DNA of 64,000 nt from Alphaproteobacteria bacterium. GTDB lineage: Bacteria > Pseudomonadota > Alphaproteobacteria > MPNO01. The stretch is taken from the NCBI GenBank assembly GCA_964291675.2, contig OZ219865.1, positions 1 to 64,000 of the forward strand, read 5' to 3'. The number at the start of each line of letters is the position of its first letter. Position 1 is the first letter of the stretch. A model generated the notes under the pieces. It was given only the letters and a program-made list of their open reading frames with translations, made no database searches and was not told where the DNA came from. Positions 58,747 through 64,000 of this stretch are shown in pieces. Position numbers and translations under genes: made by a program.

Positions 58747-60141
58747 CTAAGACCGCCCCGGCCCCACACCCGCCTCGCCCAGGTCCCAGAACAGCCCGGC
58801 CATGATCGCCAGCCCCTCGCGCGCGACCGGCGCGAGCAGGTGCTCGTCGGGCGCGTGCTGCGAGCAGCCGGGGTAGGAATGCGGCACCCAGATCGTCGGC
58901 AGGCCGAGGATGTCGGCGAACACGTCGTTGGGCAGCGACCCGCCGAGATTGGGCAGCACCGCCGGCGGCGCGCCCGTGGTCCGGGCGATCGAGTCGCTGG
59001 CCCAGCCCACCCAGGGGTGGTCGGGGTCGAGCCGGGTCGCGGGAAACCGCCCGCCCGCAGGCGCCCTGACCGCGACCTCGGAAAAACCCTCGCGGTCGAG
59101 ATGGCGGCGGATGGCGGGGGCGATGTCGTCGGCGTCGGTGCCGGCGACGAAGCGGAGCTGGCAATGGGCGCGCGCGGCGCCGGGGATCGCGTTGACCGGG
59201 TTCTCCGGCGTCCCCGCATGCAGCGCCAGCACCTCGAAGCTGTTCCATCCGTAGACCCGCTCGGCCGGGGTCAACCCGGGCTCGCCCCAGCCCGCATCGA
59301 CCGCCGGGCCGCCGGGACCGCCCGAGAGCTCGAGCCCGGCAAGCGCGCGGCGCACCGAATCCGGCAAGGACGGGCGCAGCTCGGGCACCAGAATGACCCC
59401 GCTTCGGTCGACGATGCTGGCGATCGCCGCGCTCAGCACCGTCGCCGGGTTGGCGAGCGCGCCGCCCCAATTGCCCGAATGATGCGCGCCCTCGCGCAGC
59501 TCGACGGCGAGCTCGACCGGCGCGCCGCCGCGCGAGCCGAGGAAGACGGTCGGCCGGTCCGGGGCGAGGCGGGGTCCGTCGGAGGCGATGAACAGATCCG
59601 CCCCGAGGCGTTCGCCGAGCGCGCCCGCGGCGAGCGCGCGCAGCCCGGGCGAGCCCACCTCCTCGCCCATCTCGAACACCATCTTCATCGAGAAGCCGAG
59701 ACCGCCGCGTTCGGCGATCACCGCCGCGAGCGCGCCGAGATTGACGCTGTGCTGGCCCTTGTTGTCGGCGCTGCCGCGCCCGTAGAGGCGTTCGCCGCGG
59801 CGTGTCAGGGACCACGGCGAGAGCCCGTCCCGCCAGCCCTCGTCGAGACCGCGCACCACGTCGCCATGGGCGTAGGAGAGCAGCGTGAGCGCACCCGGTT
59901 CGCCGCGCTCGGCGAGCAGGAACGGCGGGCCGCCGGGCTCCGGGTTGTCGACGATCTCGGCCGAGAAGCCGAGCGCCGCCAGCGACGGCGCAATCTCGTC
60001 GGCGAGGTAGCGGCCCAGCGTCGGACGGGCCGCGTCCTCCTGGCTGGTCGAGGCGATGGCGATGCGGCGCGCGAGATCGGCCGCGAACCCGCCGCCGTCG
60101 AAATAGGCCTCGGCCCTGGCGATCGCCGCCGCGCGCGTCAT
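58747..60141 (-). CDS. M20 metallopeptidase
   Basis: YAHGDVV, YGRGSADNKGQH, MGEEVGS, HHSGNWGG, CSQHAPDEH. Confidence 0.92.
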   Translation of the reverse strand: MTRAAAIARAEAYFDGGGFAADLARRIAIASTSQEDAARPTLGRYLADEIAPSLAALGFSAEIVDNPEPGGPPFLLAERGEPGALTLLSYAHGDVVRGLDEGWRDGLSPWSLTRRGERLYGRGSADNKGQHSVNLGALAAVIAERGGLGFSMKMVFEMGEEVGSPGLRALAAGALGERLGADLFIASDGPRLAPDRPTVFLGSRGGAPVELAVELREGAHHSGNWGGALANPATVLSAAIASIVDRSGVILVPELRPSLPDSVRRALAGLELSGGPGGPAVDAGWGEPGLTPAERVYGWNSFEVLALHAGTPENPVNAIPGAARAHCQLRFVAGTDADDIAPAIRRHLDREGFSEVAVRAPAGGRFPATRLDPDHPWVGWASDSIARTTGAPPAVLPNLGGSLPNDVFADILGLPTIWVPHSYPGCSQHAPDEHLLAPVAREGLAIMAGLFWDLGEAGVGPGRS

Positions 60142-60227
60142 CGTGTTCCCTCCGCCTTCGGGCGCCGCCCATTTTGCATGCCTCCGCCGGATTCTCATCC
60201 CCTCGTTTCCGGCCCTTTCCCCGGTGC

Positions 60228-60342
60228 CGTCATGCCCGGACTCGATCCGGGCACCCACCGGCTCCCGCGGCGAACCGGCATGGATGGCCGGAACAGGTCC
60301 GGCCGTGACGTAGTGGGGGAACGGAGGGCGTATCGAGGGACG
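60228..60342. repeat. Inverted REP pair plus partial family-2 REP
   Basis: 60228-60257 (+), 60281-60310 (-), GCGTATCGAGGGACG ~60328-60342. Confidence 0.85.
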
Positions 60343-60424
60343 CTCTCGGCCATATGACGGGCGGGTTTCGGCCCCGCGCCGCCCCGGCTACGCTGGGCCC
60401 GGCAATAGTCTAGGAGGCCGCGCC

Positions 60425-60852
60425 ATGCCGACCGCCGGGAAGTCGCCCGTGATCCCGACGATGCGCTACCGCGACGCCCCCGCCGCCATCGACTGGCTGT
60501 GCCGGGTGTTGGGCTTCGCCCGGCACCTGGTGGTGCCCGGCGAGGACGGCACGATCGCCCACGCCCAGCTCGTCCTCGGCTGCGGCATGATCATGCTCGG
60601 CAGCGTCGCGACGACGCGCACGGGCGGCTGATGGCGGTGCCGGGGCCGAACGGCGCCAACACGCAAGCCGCCTGCCTCGTGGTCGACGACGTGGAAGCGG
60701 TCCACCAGCGGGCGCTCGCCGCCGGGGCGGAGATCGTAACGCCGCTCGAAAACCCGGAATACGGCGGCAGCTTCTTCGCCTGCCGCGACCCCGAGGGCCA
60801 TGTGTGGAATATCGGCTCCTACGACCCGTGGGCGGATCACGAGGGAAAGTGA
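60425..60852 (+). pseudogene. VOC/glyoxalase (PhnB-like) protein with a 1-nt frameshift
   Basis: MRYRDAPAAIDWL...HAQL...IMLGS in one frame; DDVEAVHQRALAAGAEIV...RDPEGHVWNIGSYDPW in another; shift near 60607. Confidence 0.8.
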
Positions 60853-61005
60853 TCGGTGATGACCCGGCGGCACCGAACCTATGTTCGAATTCCGTTCTGC
60901 TTCTTCGCGCCGTGGACGCTAGAGAGGTCCGGGCGATCGAATACAGTAGACGAATAACGGGATACCGTATTCGAATGACAAAAGTTCCGCTGGACCGGTT
61001 CTGAA

Positions 61006-62163
61006 ATGGTGGATCGCATACAGGCGAAGAATATCGGACCGGTGCGCGAAGCCGATATCCGTTTTGGCGACCTCACGATATTCGTCGGGCCGCAGGCGAC
61101 GGGAAAGAGCATTTTCCTTCAGCTGCTCAAGCTGTTGGTCGACAGACCGTCGATCCACGCCACGATGCGGCATTTCGGCCTTGCACAGCCGGGCGATGCG
61201 GAAGGTTTCTTCGATCTGTATTTCGGCGAGGGAATGGCGTCGATCTGGCGTAGGTCGAAGAGTCGTTTGGTCCTGGGGAAGGCGAGGAAGCAGACAGACC
61301 TGGCTACCTATGCGCGCCCGGGCAAGTCCAACAAAGCGGAATCGATGTTCTACATCCCTGCACAGCGGGTGATGAGCCTGCGCGACGGGATGACCCGTCC
61401 CTTCACCGACTATCGGGCGGGCGATCCCTTCGTCCTGCGCGACTTCAGCGACAAGCTGCACTGGATCGTGCAATCCGAGATCGGTCTCGACGAGGATGTG
61501 TTTCCGCGCCCGAACCGTTTGGCCGCGGTGCTGCGGAGACCGCTCGAAGAGCACATTTTCGGAGGGTTCGGGCTGCGCACGGATACCTCTGCGCACCAAC
61601 GCCGCCTCGTTCTGAAGTCGGGCCACGGCCGTCCCTTGCCTTATCTCGTGTGGTCGGCTGGGCAACGCGAATTCGTTCCGCTGCTGCTGGGCCTCTACTG
61701 GCTGTTGCCGCCGGGAAAAGCGCCCCGCCGACAGGAACTCGAATGGGTCGTGATCGAGGAACCGGAAACCGGACTGCATCCGAACGGCATCGGCGCGGTC
61801 CTGAACTTCGTCATGGAACTACGGATGCGCGGATACCGCGTCTGCCTTTCCACGCATTCTCCCCATGTCCTCGACATCGTCTGGGCGCTCCGCTTCATGC
61901 AGGACAACGCCGGAATGACGAACGATGTCCTGAGACTTCTGGGCCTCCGCTCGGCAGCGAAGACCCGGCAACTCGCAGACGAAGTGCTTAAGAGCGATTT
62001 CAAGACCTACTATTTCGCGCGAAGCGGGACTGTGCACGATATTTCCGACCTCGATCCGGGCGCGGAAGACATCGCCGAGGGCGGATGGGGCGGGCTCACC
62101 GAGTTCTCCGGCCGGGTGGGCGATATCGTCGCCGAAGTCGCCAACCGCAACGGCGCCTCATGA
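61006..62163 (+). CDS. ABC-type (AAA_15/AAA_21-like) ATPase
   Basis: KNIGP, Walker A GPQATGKS, YIPAQR, signature-like SAGQRE, Walker B/D-loop IEEPETGLHP, H-loop STHSP. Confidence 0.9.
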   Translation: MVDRIQAKNIGPVREADIRFGDLTIFVGPQATGKSIFLQLLKLLVDRPSIHATMRHFGLAQPGDAEGFFDLYFGEGMASIWRRSKSRLVLGKARKQTDLATYARPGKSNKAESMFYIPAQRVMSLRDGMTRPFTDYRAGDPFVLRDFSDKLHWIVQSEIGLDEDVFPRPNRLAAVLRRPLEEHIFGGFGLRTDTSAHQRRLVLKSGHGRPLPYLVWSAGQREFVPLLLGLYWLLPPGKAPRRQELEWVVIEEPETGLHPNGIGAVLNFVMELRMRGYRVCLSTHSPHVLDIVWALRFMQDNAGMTNDVLRLLGLRSAAKTRQLADEVLKSDFKTYYFARSGTVHDISDLDPGAEDIAEGGWGGLTEFSGRVGDIVAEVANRNGAS

Positions 62164-62639
62164 CCTTCCAACAGGCTGTCGAGGCCGCGTCCGATCCGGT
62201 GAGCGGCAATTTTCGTCCGGGCAAACAGGCCCTGACGAACCAGCACCGAAGACTGGTGACTTGCGCCGATCCGCAACGGCTGACGGGTAGCATCGATCTC
62301 GACGCCGCGCTTGCTGCGGAACGGGCCTACGCTGGCGACCCACGGTGGGACTACGGCCTCGGCTATAGGCCAGTGACAGGACGGGAACAGGCAATATGGG
62401 TCGAAGTCCACTCCGCGACGACAGGCGAAGTTTCGGCGGTCCTCAATAAGCTGCGATGGCTGAAGGACTGGCTAAACGGAGAAGCCGAACAGCTAAGGCG
62501 GCTAACCGACCGGACCGGCGAAGACGTTCGCTATGTGTGGATCGCGAGCGCAGGCGTGAAGATCACAAAGAATTCTCCGCAAGCCAGGAGGCTCAGCCAG
62601 AGCGGCCTTCGTTTGGCGAAAGATCTGGCCTTGCCTTAG
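62160..62639 (+). CDS. Hypothetical protein, possible PD-(D/E)xK-like nuclease, coupled to the ATPase
   Basis: 159 aa from ATG 62160 (ATGA overlap); IDLD...PRWDYGLG...IWVEVH...V..VLNKL.WL. Confidence 0.75.
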   Translation: MTFQQAVEAASDPVSGNFRPGKQALTNQHRRLVTCADPQRLTGSIDLDAALAAERAYAGDPRWDYGLGYRPVTGREQAIWVEVHSATTGEVSAVLNKLRWLKDWLNGEAEQLRRLTDRTGEDVRYVWIASAGVKITKNSPQARRLSQSGLRLAKDLALP

Positions 62640-62701
62640 CCATAGCCGGTGAGCGCGTAGGCCGGGACCGCCGGAGCGGCCCCGGCCGGATGCGCGAGCG
62701 C

Positions 62702-63196
62702 TCAGCGCCGGTAGCGGCCGCGCTTGGACAGCAGGTCGTCGATCCTTGCGCGCTGTTCGTCGTTGAGCTTGCCGTAGAGGTCGACGAAGGCGGGGCGGAC
62801 CTCCTGGACCACGCCGAGCGCGGTGACGAGCGCGAGCTCGGCGCGGGCGAGGTGCTGCGGCGCCTGGGCGGGGCGGCCCTCGGCGGCGACGGTCTCGCAG
62901 GCCTCGCCGATCCTGGCGCTGCCGCTCCTGACCGCGCCGGTCAGCGCCTGCCACGGCCCGGCCTGGTCGGGGGTGAAGTCGACGAACGCCTCGACGAAGC
63001 GGATCGTATCGTCGATCCGTGCGTCGCGGCTTGCGCTGCAGATCCGCGACTCCGCATGGCCGCTCCAGCCGTGCCCGCCGCCGCGCCAGCCCCCGTGGGC
63101 GAAGGCGCCGCCCGGCCCGGCGGCGAACAGGGTGACGGCGACCAGCGCGACGGCGCCGAGCGACGATATCGAGACGATCAGGGTTCGGCGTTTCAT
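62702..63196 (-). CDS. Spy/CpxP-like (LTXXQ) periplasmic protein
   Basis: Signal peptide, FTPDQAGPW, LYGKLNDEQRARID; divergent from a response regulator. Confidence 0.75.
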   Translation of the reverse strand: MKRRTLIVSISSLGAVALVAVTLFAAGPGGAFAHGGWRGGGHGWSGHAESRICSASRDARIDDTIRFVEAFVDFTPDQAGPWQALTGAVRSGSARIGEACETVAAEGRPAQAPQHLARAELALVTALGVVQEVRPAFVDLYGKLNDEQRARIDDLLSKRGRYRR

Positions 63197-63366
63197 GGCT
63201 TCGATCCTTTTTCGGTTGCATCGACCGCACCGATATGGCGCCGCCCGTTTGCCCGCGTGTTTCGCCGGAGGGGAAGATTTGTAACGAAGCGTTGCAGGTC
63301 GCCGTGCGGCAACGCCCGGTTACGAATTTCCGCCGCCCCGCCACGGGGCGCCCCTATAGTCCGCCG

Positions 63367-64000
63367 ATGGCCGCGCCGCCCCACATCCTCATCGTCGACG
63401 ACGACCGCGAAATCCGCGACCTCACCGGGCGCTATCTCAGGAAGAACGGTTTCCGGGTGGACAGCGCATCCGACGCGAAGGCGATGGACCGGCTGCTGCG
63501 CGACGGCCGCTTCGACCTGATCGTGCTCGACCTGATGCTGCCGGGCGAGGACGGGCTGTCGATCTGCCGCCGGCTGCGGGCCGCGACCCGTACCCCGATC
63601 CTCATGCTGACCGCGGTGGCCGAGGACACCGACCGCATCGTCGGGTTGGAGATGGGCGCCGACGACTACCTCACCAAGCCGTTCAACCCGCGCGAGCTGC
63701 TGGCCCGCATCCGCGCGGTGCTGCGCCGCTCGGACGGGCAGGGAGCGGTGCGGGAGCCGGAAGAGGGCGCGCTGGTCTTCGCCGGGTGGCGGCTCGATCC
63801 CGCGCGGCGCGAGCTGCGCGACCCGGACGGGGTTCTGGTCGCGCTCACGGCGGGCGAGTTCGACCTGCTGGCGGCGCTCGCCGAACGCCCGCGGCGGGTG
63901 CTGTCGCGCGACCGGCTGCTCGACCTCACGAGGGGGCGCGACGCCCAGCCCTTCGACCGCAGCATCGACGTGCAAGTCAGCCGGCTGCGGCGCAAGATCG
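63367..64000 (+). CDS. OmpR-family response regulator (runs off window end)
   Basis: Manual translation MAAPPHILIVDDDREI...LDLMLPGEDG...GADDYLTKPFNPREL...FDRSIDVQVSRLRRKI. Confidence 0.93.
   Translation, partial: MAAPPHILIVDDDREIRDLTGRYLRKNGFRVDSASDAKAMDRLLRDGRFDLIVLDLMLPGEDGLSICRRLRAATRTPILMLTAVAEDTDRIVGLEMGADDYLTKPFNPRELLARIRAVLRRSDGQGAVREPEEGALVFAGWRLDPARRELRDPDGVLVALTAGEFDLLAALAERPRRVLSRDRLLDLTRGRDAQPFDRSIDVQVSRLRRKI

Overview
High-GC alphaproteobacterial chromosome segment (Rhodospirillales-like gene content). The large modular autotransporter, Slam/lipoprotein pair, TRAP transporters and arm-type integrase remnant are reminiscent of marine host-associated, e.g. sponge, symbionts; this is inference. 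1-15.9 kb is a decayed accessory region: a three-gene Zn-finger/DDE/ExeA-ATPase transposon, a mosaic of gene fragments (NADAR, SulP-cNMP), a ~1900-aa autotransporter adhesin, the 5' half of a group II intron cut by an intact IS21, a truncated tyrosine integrase and an orphan VapC. 16-39 kb is mostly housekeeping (persulfide dioxygenase, HDAC, xseB-ispA-dxs-tlyA, aroC, fabI, pdxH, hemA, moaA) with an inserted Slam + TbpB-barrel lipoprotein (type XI secretion) pair and dense clusters of two REP-like palindrome families. 39-60 kb is catabolic: desaturase/XRE/PhnD-fold/MIO-less ammonia-lyase, Rieske oxygenase components, cupin dioxygenase, TRAP with two DctP, TauD and M20. 61-62.6 kb is a lower-GC, translationally coupled ABC-ATPase + PD-(D/E)xK-like pair (candidate defence system). 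Most notable: the ATPase/nuclease-like pair, the MIO-less lyase operon, and an IS-end-like 18-mer fused three times at the same position inside REP hairpins. No tRNA, rRNA or CRISPR array seen. All family calls come from motif recognition by eye, not database searches.
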